42,285 nt of DNA, from the NCBI GenBank assembly GCA_000388065.2, contig KB932206.1, one strand, 5' to 3'. A model generated the notes under the pieces. The model saw only the letters and a program-made list of their open reading frames with translations, had not been told where the DNA came from and did not search any database. Of the stretch, positions 23,875-36,084 are shown in pieces (within the stretch, counting starts at the first letter, position 1; every line of letters starts with the position of its first letter). A program made the position numbers and the translations under genes. This DNA comes from Fonticula alba ATCC 38817. Taxonomy: Eukaryota > Protista > Nucleariida.

Positions 23875-25898
23875 ATGTCCGACTCGCGTCAGTCGGCCTT
23901 CCGGAACAACGCCCTCGACAATGACGAGCTGCGCAAGCGCCGCGACTTCCACGCGCTGGAGATCCGTCGCTTTAACCGCACGTCGATGATGATGCAGAAG
24001 CGCCAGGTGACTCCGGTGGTCGACCGCCCGGTTGATGCCTCGTCCGACCCGCACAGCCTGATTGAGCTGACCAACCGGCTGCGCTCCAACGATCCGGTTG
24101 TTCAGCAGGAGACTATCTCCACCTTCCGGCGCCTGCTTTCTGCGCGTACGCCCTTCACCCCCGGTCCTCGTGCCTGGCCTTCTCTCTCTCTCTCTCTCTC
24201 CCCCCCCCCCAGTCCCCCGCAGCCGATTGACCCCCTTCCCTCCTCCCCCTTCCCCCCCTCTCTCTTTCTCTTCCTCCCATCCCTCTCCCACCTCGCCTCC
24301 ACACAGAGGTCGACCCTCCCATTCAGGGCGTCATCGACGCCGGGGCTGTCGATCTGTTCGTGCATTTCCTCCGGAGTGACAACCCGAACCTCCAGTTCGA
24401 GGCTGCCTGGGCGTTGACCAACATTGCGTCCGGCAGCTCCGAGCAGACTGCCGTTGTCATCAGTGCCGGGGCGGTTGCCATTTTCGTGGATCTGCTGCGT
24501 TCGCCCAGCGAGGACGTCCGGGAGCAGGTGCGTCCTTTTCTGGTCCCTCATGAATGCCCCCTTCTCCCTCTCCCCTCCTCCTCCTCCTTCATCTCTCTCT
24601 CTCTCTCTCCGCTCCCCATCCCTGATGGTGGTTGCTAACCCGCATCCTGGATCGCTCTCCCCCCTGTCAACATCTACTTTCCCGTCTGCCTGTTTTTTCC
24701 CTTCCAGGCCGTCTGGGCCCTCGGCAACATTGCCGGCGACTCCTCCGCCTGCCGTGACTTCGTCATCAGCAGCGGTGCCCTGAAGCCCCTGCTGGAGCTC
24801 CTGGACATGGACCCCCCCTCGTCAGAGTCTCTCATGCGCAACGCCACCTGGACCCTGTCGAACTTCTGCCGCGGTCGCAACCCCTCGCCCCACTGGGACT
24901 CCATCAGCCAGTGCCTGCCGGTCCTGGCCAAGATCATTTACAAGGAGGACAGCGACATCCTGACCGACGCCTGCTGGGCTCTGTCGTACCTGTCGGACGG
25001 TGACAACACTCGGATCCAGGCCCTGCTGGATGCCAACATCTGCCGGCGCATTGTCCAGCTCCTGATGTACCCCTCGGATCTGGTCCGGACCCCGGCCCTG
25101 CGGACCATCGGCAACATCGTCACCGGCACCAATGTCCAGACGCAGATGGTCATCAATGCCGCGGTGCTGCCGGCCCTGTCGGCCTTCCTCAACATGGACT
25201 CCATGGCCAACCTGCGCAAGGAGGCCTGCTGGACCATTTCCAACATCACGGCCGGCAACTCCGAGCAGATCCAGGCCGTGCTGGACGCCAACATCTTCAT
25301 CCAGCTGCTGGCCATCATTCACAATGACGACCTGCGGGTGCAGAAGGAGGCCGCCTGGGCCATTTCCAACGCCATCACCGGTGGCACGCCGGCCCAAATC
25401 AACTATCTCATCGAGAATGGCGTCATTCATCCCCTGTGCCAGCTGCTGGATGTCAACGACACCAAGATGATCAAGGTCATCCTCACGGCCCTGGAGCACA
25501 TCCTGGCCGCCGGCAATGACCCGAACCTCGGCGAGAACAAGCATGCCGTGGCCATCGAGCTGGCCGGCGGCATGGACAAGATCGAGGATCTGCAGCAGCA
25601 CGATGATGACGAGATCTACCTGCTCACTTACAACCTCATCCGGATGTACTTCTCCGATGAGGATGCCCTGAGCATGGATGCCGATCACAGTGATGTCTCG
25701 CAGTTCGACTCGAGCTCCATTCAGTTCGGCCATGGCGAGGGGGCCTCGGCTGGCGGCGGCTACGCTGGTGGCTACACCGGCGGCTATGCTGGTGGTGCTC
25801 CGGGCGCCGGTGGCCAGCACATGCCGCCCAACGGCGGTGCCATGCCCCCTCAGGGCGGTGCCCCGGGCGCTGGCGGTCAGCATATGTTCAACTTCTAA
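23875..25898 (+). CDS. KPNA: Importin subunit alpha (karyopherin alpha), about 560 aa, 3 exons
   Basis: Exons 23875-24145, 24307-24527, 24708-25898 (1683 nt). IBB-like N-terminus, then ARM repeats with the Trp/Asn ladder ([83 protein letters not shown]). Ends FNF. Confidence 0.97.
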
Positions 25899-26590
25899 GG
25901 CATATGAGGACACCCTCCCTCCCTCTCCCCCTTCCTCTCCCCCTCCCTCCCCCCTCTCCTTCCCCCCTCCTCTTCAGACTCTCTTCATACTCCGCCCCCA
26001 TCTCTTCCCCTTCGCCCCTCCTCTTGCTTCACCTTTATCTCTCTCCCCCCCCTCTCTCTCTCCATCTCCTCCGCTCCACATTTACCTCCTCCGCTGCGCG
26101 ATGTGCGCCCCCTTTCAAACGTGGCGCCGACTTGGAGGCCGAAAGGAGAGAGTGCCCTGCCGGTGTGGCCCCCCCCCCCCCTTGTTTGTCCTTTATCAGC
26201 CATGCCTGTGGTGCCCTTCTCCTCGCCATTGCTGTCGCCCGTCTTCCTGCGCACACCCTTGCACACCCCGGCGTTCTTGCAATATTACACTCGCCCTCAT
26301 TCATGGTTTTCCTCGTCTCCCTTTTTTTCTCTCGCGGGGGGAGGGGGGACTGGCAACGATCGTGCGTCTGGGATTATGGTGGCAGGTCAGGGGGGGGGGG
26401 GTATTGTACAGATGGAGGGGCGGGCACCAATGGGATGTGGCCTCCGTGCGGCTGGAAGCTGAGGCGAAAGAGGGAGAGGGGAAATCTATCGGGAGGGGGT
26501 AGAGGTGTGGTTTCGGACACGGGGAGGGAGAGAGAGAGAGAGAGGGTGAGGGGTGTGGGAGGGGGCTCACTGCAGGGCGCCAGCCCCTTT

Positions 26591-27928
26591 CTACCGCCGA
26601 CCCCGGCCGCCCTTGACGACACCGGCCCCGGCTGGGCCGGACTTCTTCTTGGGCTCGGCAGCCTTGGCCGTACGACGCTCCTCGCGCTTCTTGAAGGCGG
26701 CCTTCTTCTTCTTCTCCCGATCGGCCTTGTCCTTGGTCCGCTCGCGCGTCTTCTTCAGCTTCTTCAGGGCCGAGGAGCCGCCAGAGCGCTTGGCCGCCTT
26801 CTCCTCGTTGCGCAGGCGGATGTTCTCCTCGCGGCGGTTCTGCTTCTCCCGCTGAACGGTCTTCTCCGCGCGCACGCGCTTGGACCTGGGGTGGTGGAAA
26901 TGCGTGGGGGAGGGTCAGTTGCAAGGTGGGGCAGGTGGGAAGGGGGGGGGGGGGGGCAGCAATTGACCACACTTGGCCCCGTCATGGGGGCAACAAACAA
27001 AGGCCCAAGGTCTTGACGCCCCCCCCCCCCCCCAGTTACAGACCATCCCACGATACCAATGCACGCACCACTCGGTCTTGGTCTTCAGCTTCTTGCGATC
27101 CTTAGTCTTGATGGCCTTGCGCAGCTTGGATGCATCGTCCTTCACGACATGTCCCTCGGCACGGGCCATGGCTGTCTCCCACTCCATGCGCTTGCGGACT
27201 TCCTCCGCCCGGACGGGATTCCGCTCGGCCAGCGAGGCGAGCTTCTGATCGCGCTTCTCCAGCTGGGCGCCGCGAAGAAGGGGGAGGCAAAAAGGAGGGT
27301 TGCACGCATTAGCGAGGGTACCCCGCAGGAATGGACAACAACAACAACAGCAACAACAGCAGCGGCAGCCGCAACAGCGAGCGGAAAGGGGAAAGGGAGC
27401 CATCGAAGCACGCACCTTCTCGAGGGCCACCTTGGGCGTGGTGCGCGGGCGCTTCAGAATGTTGCCGACCACACTGAAGGAGAAGCTTTCCTTGACACTG
27501 TCACGGCCGCGCTTCTTGTCGGCCACCTCCTGGCGAATGATGGACACCTCATCAAGGTCCGCGCCATCGGCCTCCTCATCCTGATCCGAGTCATCGTCAT
27601 CAGCATCATCATCGTGCTCATCATCGTGCTCATCATCGTCCTCGAGATCCGAGTCGGCGAAGGCCGGCGCCGCGCTGATGGGCAGGTGCGTGGCCCGAGG
27701 GACCTTGCGGCTGGCCGAGCTGGCAGCCTTGGCCAGGGTGCGCTTCGCCGGGATGGCTGCGGCCGAAGCCAATTTCCGCGTGCCAGGCGCGGCCTTCTTG
27801 GCGAGTTTACCGGCACCTGGGGCCAGCTTGGCCTTGCCGGCGGCGGGCTTGACCTTGCTGGCAGCTGGCTTCATCTTGCCGGCCGCGGCGGGCTTCGCCT
27901 TGCCGACCATGGCGGGCGACTTGGCCAT
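26591..27928 (-). CDS. SURF6: SURF6 / Rrp14 family nucleolar ribosome-biogenesis protein, about 333 aa, 3 exons
   Basis: Exons 27928-27416, 27262-27069, 26885-26591 (1002 nt). SURF6 C-terminal signature MEWETAMARAEGHVVKDDASKLRKAIKTKDRKKLKTKTEW-SKR...QNRREENIRLR. Basic N-terminus plus an acidic tract. Confidence 0.88.
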
Positions 27929-28066
27929 CTTGCTTTTGGCCCTTGGCGAGACAAGCCCCGGGGCAGAGGGAGGAGGGTAGCGCGTTAGCCAGGACCCGAG
28001 GGTGCCAACAAGGGCGAGAAGAAAAAGGCAACGTACATGAGTACCAGGTGCAGAAGCGTGTCTCTC

Positions 28067-28210
28067 TGTGTGTGCGTGTGTGCGTGTGTGCGTGTGTGCG
28101 TGTGTGNNNNNNNNNNGTGCGTGTGTGCGTGTGTGCGTGTGTGCGTGTGTGTGTGGGCGTGCGTGTGTGCGTGTGTGCGTGTGTGCGTGTGTGCGTGTGT
28201 GCGTGTGTGT
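28067..28210. repeat. (GTGTGC)n hexanucleotide microsatellite containing a 10-N gap
   Basis: Directly visible run gtgtgcgtgtgtgcgtgtgtgc..., upstream of the SURF6 start codon. Confidence 0.9.
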
Positions 28211-29091
28211 GGGGGGGGGGGGTGCGCCTGTCTGCGTGTGTGGGTTTTCGGCAGGGGAGGAGCGAGGTGCAGCAAGGGAAGAGAGGCGAGGAGAGGGAAG
28301 AGCGGGTGCTTGTGATGGATGCATCCAAGGCTTCCCCCGGGCGGCGGTGGCCCGGAGCCCCAAAGGGCATTTGCCATCAGGCATGGGCCTTCGCGCAGCG
28401 TGTGTCCAGGGTGGCCGGAGGTGCGGCATGGGCTGCCAACGCTTGGGCCAAACTGTCAGCCCTGCCACACCGGCCCAGGCCCCCCGGAGGGCATGTGTGC
28501 ATCGGGGGGGGGGGGGGGGGGGGGACGGCGGCGGCGGCGGGAAAAGGGCCGAGCAAGAGGCCGGGGATGCCATGTGGCGGGTCCCGACTGGGCATTCTCA
28601 CCCGGCAGACCCCCCTGGGGGGGGGGGATGGGCGGCGCCAAGCATCACGCACAGGAGACCCACCGCTCTGGAGAACCAGGTCCTGCGAGCGCGGCGCGAG
28701 AATCGAGCAGAGAGGGCGTTTAAGTCCGCACTTGCCCGCCACCTGGACACAAATGCTTGAACCGGGGTGTCCTGCCCCCCTCCCCCACCGAGGAGGATAT
28801 CGGCGCGGGGGCGGGGGCGGGCATGGGCATGGGTGCCTATGTGTGGGGGAAAAAGCCGTCACACTCGCTCTTTTCCCCCTTGCCTAGCTCGCCCTCTTCT
28901 CCCGGTGTGGTCGCTTTGGCCCTTGTGTGCCCGCCCCTCCCGCCAGTGCACAGTCTGGAGGGGGCTTTTTGTGGTGCATTGTTGCGTCCCAACTCACGGG
29001 CAAACATCCCCAATCCCTTGCCGACGTCAGTTTCGCCCTACCTGCATCTTCGCACACGCCTCACCCCCTTTCGCAAGGACACCCCACCACC

Positions 29092-30109
29092 ATGGCCGAC
29101 GAGGAGGAGACTTTCAAGTATGATGTCGGGCCTGCATACCGGCCTCTCCTTCTCTCCCCTTTGTTGCTTTTCATCCGTTGATTGGGCCTCTAACACCACC
29201 CTCCTGCCTGTCTCCCGCTCCATTTGCTCAGCTTCGAGCTCAGCGAGGCCGGTGCCTCGATTGCCGAGAACAGCCCTGTCCGTCCTGCTCCCCCCCCCCC
29301 TTTCTCTCTTTCTCTCTTTCTCTCTTTCTCTCTNNNNNNNNNNNNNNNNNNNNNNNNNNNNNNNNNNNNNNNNNNNNNNCTTTCTCTTTTTCTCTCTTTC
29401 TCTTTTTCTCTTTTCCTCTTCCCCCCCCCCCCTTCCTGCTACACCTCCTTCCTCTCTCTCTCTCTCTCTCTCCTTTCTTGTTCGTACCTGCCATCCTCAC
29501 CGCGCTTCTCCCCCACACCCTTAGATCAATGAGGAGGTTGTCTCCTTCGGCGAGGAGCACGACTTCAGTGGTGAGCACCAGGCCGTCCCGGCCAACCTGC
29601 GCTCGACCTCTCCCTTCATGACCAAGTACGAGTGTGCTCGTCTTCTGGGGACCCGCGCTCTTCAGATCAGGTCCGTTGATTGGCCGTCAGCTGGTCTGCT
29701 TGTTTGTGAAGCCCCACTGGTGGTGGGGCCTTTTCTGGTCTCCCGGCGCCCGGAACTTACGCACGTGTGTGGCTTTCGATCCCCTCCCTCGGTGCATGCA
29801 TAGCATGAACGCCCCGATCACTGTCGAGCCCGCTGGCCTGACGGACCCGCTTGCGATTGCCGAGAAGGAGCTTCGCGAGGGGAAGGTCCCGCTGATTGTC
29901 CGCCGCTACTTGCCCAATGGTAGGTCCATCCGGATTGTGATGCGCGCATGCATGCGTACCCCTGTGCCCGGGGGGAGGCGCCGCGCTGCCAATAGCCAAC
30001 ACTGACCTTTCGCCGCCCTTCTTCTTTTTTTTCTCTCTGGACCCCCCCCCCACCCCCAGGCACCTACGAGGACTGGCCCGCTTCCGAGCTTAGCTACAAC
30101 TACAACTGA
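29092..30109 (+). CDS. RPB6: RNA polymerases I/II/III shared subunit RPB6 (RPABC2/POLR2F), about 127 aa, 5 exons
   Basis: Exons 29092-29117, 29232-29277, 29525-29670, 29804-29919, 30060-30109 (384 nt). Signature [28 protein letters not shown]...[31 protein letters not shown]. Confidence 0.96.
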
Positions 30110-31904
30110 TTGAGTTGTCTCTTCGCTCGCTTCTCTCGGGCTCCTGTGCTTTCGATGCCTTCTCCCGCCGAGTCGACGCCTCCTCCAATCTCTCTCTCTC
30201 TCTCTCCCCCCCCCCTTGCCCTCTTGCGTTGGGGTATGCGCGGGAGTGTGTGCGCGTGTGGACGTGAATGCATCTTTGAGATCCCACTCTCATCCTAGGC
30301 TCCCCCCTTTCTCTTCCACCACCCACCCCCTCCAGCATATTTCCCCCCAATGTGAGGCGAGGGAGAGGAGGCCTGCGCGCGCGCCGGTCGCTGCTGCCCC
30401 CTCCCCCCCCCCCCCCCTTTCGACCCGGCCAGCCGCCGGGCCATGTAAAATATAAAATCACCCAATCTCCGTTGCATGTGCCTCTCCGACATCCATCGCC
30501 GCGGACCGGTTCCATTCCCTTCTGTTCGACTGACCCGGGTGTGCAGGGCAGTACGGGGGGCCCTGAAAGTCGCCGGCCAGGGCAACGCGCTGAGGGGGTG
30601 GGGGGGGGGGGCGGACCGGGAATAGGGGGCCGGGGAGCGCAGCATACAAGAGAGGCTGGAGGAAACGTATGTGTCGATCATGTGACCCAGATATGTCACA
30701 CCACCTCATCCAGCTGCCCGGGGCCAGGCGCAGGCCGTTGGGGCCTGGAGTAGAGAGGGTGCCAGGGGGGGCTCCTGCGGTCACCCAGAGCACCCGCCAG
30801 CGGCGCGGACAAGGCCACGGGGATGGGCAGGCATCGCCCACTGAGCCAAGGAAGGCCTGGGCGGGCGGCCGGCCAGTGCTGGGCGTTCGGCAGGGCAGGG
30901 GGGTGGGGCCGGGCGGGGAAGTTGGGCGCTCCTAGGGTTTCGGCATGCCGCCGGCCGGGGCCTTGGTGTGTCTGCCTTTCGAATGTGTTTATTCCCGCTC
31001 CTGTCCTTGCGACGGAGCGGGTGGGTGGGTGAGTGTGGGGGGGGGGGGGGGTACTTGCCGTAGAGACGGGCAATGTTTCAGCGCTGGCTCGTTTCTTCCT
31101 TGGCCCGGAAGGCAGGCCGCTCGGCTCACATCCGCCCCCCCCCCCCACCTGCTCGAGAGACACACGAATGACTTGGGGCCGACGACTGCTGGCCGATCCG
31201 GGCCGCGAGCCCATAGGGTTGCCTTGGCTGTTGTTGTTGTTGTTGTCGGTTGGGAGGAGTCACGAGGGGTCCTGTCTGGTTCGCTTACCCGGCCCGAGGC
31301 CGTGAGAGGGCGGAGGGATCGGCGGGCAGGCGGCCCGGCTGCCAGGAGCACCCGGAAGCCGGGCGGTCATCTGGGTGATGCCGTGCGCAGGGCCCCGGCG
31401 TGTATATGCACGAGTGTGTCTGACGCTGCTCGGGCCGAGCCCGGGCCGGGCCCCGTGCGCGCGCGCGCACTCACACGGACAGGCCCCGGCTGGCGGAGGC
31501 CCTCCCNNNNNNNNNNNNNNNNNNNNNNNNNNNNNNNNNNNNNNNNNNNNNNNNNNNNNNNNNNNNNNNNNNNNNNNNNNNNNNNNNNNNNNNNNNNNNN
31601 NNNNNNNNNNNNNNNNNNNNNACAGAAGGCGAGATTCATGTGCACCCCCCCTGCTGGCCTGGGCCCGGGAGGCAGCCCCGGCAGCCCAGAACAGCGCATC
31701 CCTCTCTCCCTCCCCTCTCTCCCCCTCCTTCTGTTCTTTTTCTCGCCGCGTCTTCACGCTTTTCTCTGTGAGCACTACCCCCCCCCCTCTTCCTCGGCAC
31801 ACACTGCTTTTTTTCTTGCCCCTTCCCTGCCTTTCCCGGGGCCGCTCTAACCGTCGAGCCTCCTCTGCCTCTTCCCCCGTTCGTTTGCCGCCTCAGAAGT
31901 CACC

Positions 31905-32346
31905 ATGCTCCAGCGCCTTATCTTCTGCAAGCCCAGCACCGCCATGTGCTGCACCATCCTGGCCATCTGCGGCATCATCTTCGGTGTGCGTGTTGACGGG
32001 CTCCCATCCATATGCTGGCTGATGGCCCCCTCGCCTCCCCCGGTTTTCTCTGTTTGCCCGCCCCTTTAGGTGACTGACTCTGCTCTGTGTCGCCCTCTCT
32101 CTCTCTCTCTCCCTCTCTCTCTTTCCCTCTCCCTCCTTCCTCACTCCCTTGGCACAGATCTGCATGGGCCTCGCCTATAAGTTCGAGTTCAGCCAGCTTG
32201 TCAGCGGCCCCGCTGGCCATGTCGCCAACGACCCGGCCGCTGTTGCCACCAGCTGCTTCATCGCCGCTGGCCTCTACGTTGCCTGCCTGCTCGTGGCCCT
32301 CTGCCAGATGGGTCTCAGCAAGGCCAAGGCCCGCAACTCGGCCTAA
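31905..32346 (+). CDS. RNASEK: RNASEK / V-ATPase Vo subunit f homologue, about 89 aa, two TM helices, 2 exons
   Basis: Exons 31905-31985 and 32158-32346 (270 nt). MLQRLIFCKPSTAMCCTILAICGIIFGICMGLAY...ATSCFIAAGLYVACLLVALCQ. The CFIAAGLY...CQ motif matches my recollection of the C-terminal helix of animal RNASEK. Confidence 0.8.
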
Positions 32347-32847
32347 GGACCTCTCCCTTCCTGTCTCCTTCTCGACCCTCCCTCCACATTCTCGATGGAT
32401 GCTTCCCTTCCTTTCGACTCCCCTTCCTCGCGTGGTACTGGTCCCGTCCGGCCGCCCCGGGGGGAGGGGGGAGGGGGCGGGGGGCGAAGCACCGTATCCT
32501 CCCCCTCCGGCAGTGACACGCACCGCCCGCCCGCCCTCCTCCCTCCTCCGGCAGTGGCACGCACTCTCATGTGTCCATGCTGCGTATCCTCCCTCCAGGA
32601 GGGGGAGAGGGAGGAGGCGCGATCTCCTTCAAACCGGCTGACATCGCAAGATCTCATCTTCTTCCCCCCCCCCTCCTTTGACCTTGTTACATAATAAACC
32701 TCCATATAACATACACGTACACACAGGCCGCCGCCGCGTGCACCTTCGCGACTTCCATCCTTTCCCACCACACACAGGGCAGCCATGCCTGTCCTCCTCG
32801 GGCCAGCCGACCGGGCGGCCCTCACTCATTCGGCCACACACGCACAC

Positions 32848-33262
32848 NNNNNNNNNNNNNNNNNNNNNNNNNNNNNNNNNNNNNNNNNNNNNNNNNNNNN
32901 NNNNNNNNNNNNNNNNNNNNNNNNNNNNNNNNNNNNNNNNNNNNNNNNNNNNNNNNNNNNNNNNNNNNNNNNNNNNNNNNNNNNNNNNNNNNNNNNNNNN
33001 NNNNNNNNNNNNNNNNNNNNNNNNNNNNNNNNNNNNNNNNNNNNNNNNNNNNNNNNNNNNNNNNNNNNNNNNNNNNNNNNNNNNNNNNNNNNNNNNNNNN
33101 NNNNNNNNNNNNNNNNNNNNNNNNNNNNNNNNNNNNNNNNNNNNNNNNNNNNNNNNNNNNNNNNNNNNNNNNNNNNNNNNNNNNNNNNNNNNNNNNNNNN
33201 NNNNNNNNNNNNNNNNNNNNNNNNNNNNNNNNNNNNNNNNNNNNNNNNNNNNNNNNNNNNNN
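32848..33262. other. Assembly gap (N run)
   Basis: Continuous Ns. Smaller gaps at 6221-6230, 28107-28116, 29334-29379, 31507-31621 and 36386-36466, most of them flanked by simple repeats. Confidence 1.
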
Positions 33263-33824
33263 CGACGCTCTGGCCTGGGATTGGATCTCTTCCTGCTGTC
33301 CTGCCTCCCCCCACGGCCTCTTTGGGGACCGAAGCCCAGGTTCTGTTCGTGCTGGCCCCTCCGCCTGTAGCATAGTTAAACCTCGTGACCCGCAGCCTCG
33401 TGCACAATCCCAGAAGGACCAATTGCCCATGCATGTGGCTGGGTGCTCCTTCTCTCTCTCTCTCTCTCTCTCGCCAGACCAGCACCGGCATATATGCCAA
33501 CGATCTGGCTGCGAAGCTGCGTGGCTCGCTCCAGCACCACTGTCCTCCCCATCTGGCGGGGAGAGAGAAGCAGACTGCCCGCATGCGTGGCGTGCGGGCT
33601 CGTTTACTGCCAGGTCTCCGGAATCCAGATCTTCGAACCATCTTTTATCGGCCCGGATTCCCGGGGCACGAGGCTTCCGGCCCCTCTTGCAGATTGCTCC
33701 TCCTCTTCCGTCCCTTCTGCCTTCCGGTCTCTCCTCGCCCTCCCCTCCCCCCCTTTCCCCCTCTCCCCTCGCCCCCCCCCCCGGCCTTTGTCGGCTCTCC
33801 CTCGAATTCCTGTCTCTGCGCATC

Positions 33825-36084
33825 ATGAGCGACGCCGCCGTCGCCCCGCCCTGCAGCAGCGAGCTGCAGCGCTTCCTGGTCAAATTCGCCGACTCGCATC
33901 CCGCTTTCTGTGCCCCGGAGTTCCTGTCCGTGGCCAAGGTCTTGGTGCGCCTTTGGGCTTGGAAAGCATCCTCTTTCTCCACATTAATAACCTCGAGATG
34001 TTACCTGCATGTGTACTCGCATGGCCTCGCCGCTCCCTCGCCAAATGGGCCAGGGCATCGAGTGTGCCATCGAGGTGGACGGTCAGCCGGTGAAGGATGC
34101 CTACTCTTTCAGCCAGCCGGTGCGTTGCGTGTCCCCTCCTCTTCTATTTGTCTCTCCCTCTCTCTCCCCCCTCTCTTCTTCTGCCGCTCCTGTCGCCCCG
34201 CACATGGTGGTCCACGATGACTCATCCCTCTTGCCATCCGTCACGCGCGCATTTGGCATGTGAACCCGGATGCTCGCACACGCACAGTCCCCCTTCATTT
34301 ATGTTTACCTGCCGAATGAGGCGGCGGCCCGGGCCATCGCTCGGCGTAGTATCCTCGTTCGGTGCGTTGTCATTCTCGAACAGCAATCTACAGGCACCTG
34401 AAGCATGCCTGTCCTGACCCTGTCCCCCGCCTTCTGCACACACACACACACACACACACACACGCGCCTCAGTGCCATTCTTCGTGAGTGGGCCTCGGCC
34501 ACCTCGTATGAGGAGCTCCTCGACCAAATCCGAAATGACCCCCCCGGGGACATGGTACGCCCTCGATGGTTGGCGATCCGGCAGGCCGCCCATCGGCGCT
34601 GGCCTGCCTCGTGTGATGCTGCGCATGCTGACCGACCATCTGCCACAGGTTGACTTCCCCGCCGGGAAGACCTTCGCCATGCGGGTGGAGGGCTACCATC
34701 AACGCCTCTCGATCGAGTACCAGCGGGAAATGATCAATCGCATTGGCGAATGCTGCCCGCCGGCCGTATACGAGCGAGGCCGTGTGAACTTGCGCTCGCC
34801 CGACGTCACCTGGTGCTTGATCGAGGAGTACATCTCGCGCGGGCCACTGCAGCGGGTGTACTTCGGCACCCGAGTGGCCGAGGGGATCCGCGTGACGGAT
34901 CATCTGCTAGATCGGTTCCGGCTGAACCGCCGGTCGTACCTCGGCACCACGGCCATGGATCCGGAGCTGGCCTTCCTGATGGCGAACATGGCCTGCTCCG
35001 CGCCCGGCCGCGTGGTGCTGGATCCCTTTGTCGGGACCGGCAGCCTGCTGCTGAGTGTGGCGGCCCTGGTGCCGGGGGTGCAGGTCCTCGGCACGGACAT
35101 CGACCCGCGCACGGTGCGCGGCCTGGGCCGGCCGGTGGCCGGGTCCCGGCCAGGGACCAATGCCCTGACCAACTTCCAGGAGATCGGCCTGGCCCATAGT
35201 GTGGATCTGGTGCTGTGTGATGCGTCGCGGTCGCCCTGGCGGCTGCCCGGTTTCACCGGACAGTCGACCGCCCGCCTCGCTGGCTTTGTTGATGCCATCA
35301 TCGCCGATCCGCCGTACGGCGTGCGCGAGAGCGCTCAGCAGCTGACCCAGCGCCTGCGGCCGCGGTCATGCGCCGAGCCAAAGTGCGTGTGCCCCCCCCC
35401 CCCCCCCCCCCCCTTCCGCTTCCCCTGCCGGTCCTCTCGGTCCCGCTGGCTGCCCACCCCTTTGCCTTGCCGTCGCCCATCGTTTCGGTTTCCATCTCTG
35501 ACTTTGGTTCCTCGCTCGCCGGGTTTCTGCTTGATAGTGATGAGCGCTACATCCTCAAGACCAATTACCCGCCGGAGCAGGTGTATGCGGATCTGGTGGA
35601 CTTTGCGGCACTGCACCTGCCCGTGGGCGGCCGCCTGGTGTACTGGCTGGCCGTAATCACGGAGTTCTTCACGCCCGAGGACGTTCCCCGGCATCCGGCC
35701 ATGAACCTTGTGGCCCTGTGTCCGCAATCCTTCTCCCGCTGGACGCGCTTCCTGGTGGTCATGGAGAAGACCCGCGAGCCGGCCTTCGATGCGGGGTCCA
35801 CCACGGCGGCGGGTGGCCCCCTACCGTTGGCTTGTAGCCTGGCGCCTGGAGCTGGCCTGGCCGCGGAGGATCGTGCCTATGTGGAAACCCTGCGCCAGGG
35901 CCGAGAGACATCGTACGGGCAATTCCGCACGCAATACTTCAACACGGCCAAGAACGGCCCGCACGAGCCGGTCCTGCCACTTGCCCCCGGCGAGGGGAAG
36001 GTCCGGCAGACGCGCCGGCGTGCGGCCCCGCTGCCGGATGCCGTCCCCGCCGTCGCGCCGACAGCGCAGCCGGAGGAGCAGTAG
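33825..36084 (+). CDS. TRMT11: tRNA (guanine(10)-N2)-methyltransferase TRMT11/Trm11, about 540 aa, 6 exons
   Basis: Exons 33825-33944, 34054-34119, 34288-34361, 34473-34554, 34649-35382, 35538-36084 (1623 nt). SPFIYVYLPNEAAARAIARRSILVR, THUMP-like region, RRSYLGTTAMDPELAFLMANMA, SAM motif VLDPFVGTGSLL, motif IV DAIIADPPYGVRE, GGRLVYWL. Confidence 0.92.

Noticed and set aside
24822-25913. 363-aa minus-strand ORF exactly opposite importin alpha (similar shadows at 9523-10374, 10501-11355, 12342-12935 and 27059-27988)
   Set aside because: Antisense shadow frames caused by strong GC3 codon bias in the real genes.
29618-29670. RPB6 motif reads YECAR instead of the usual YERAR
   Set aside because: This is the variable position of the family signature, so it is not evidence of altered function.
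32061-32075. tttag|gtgact (AG immediately followed by GT) inside the RNASEK intron, like a recursive splice site
   Set aside because: The intron is only 172 nt, the donor does not match the local consensus, and chance occurrence is likely.
15201-36084. Apparent cluster of gene-expression genes (eIF3i, importin alpha, SURF6, RPB6, TRMT11)
   Set aside because: Housekeeping genes are common in compact genomes. Without synteny or co-expression data there is no support for a functional cluster.
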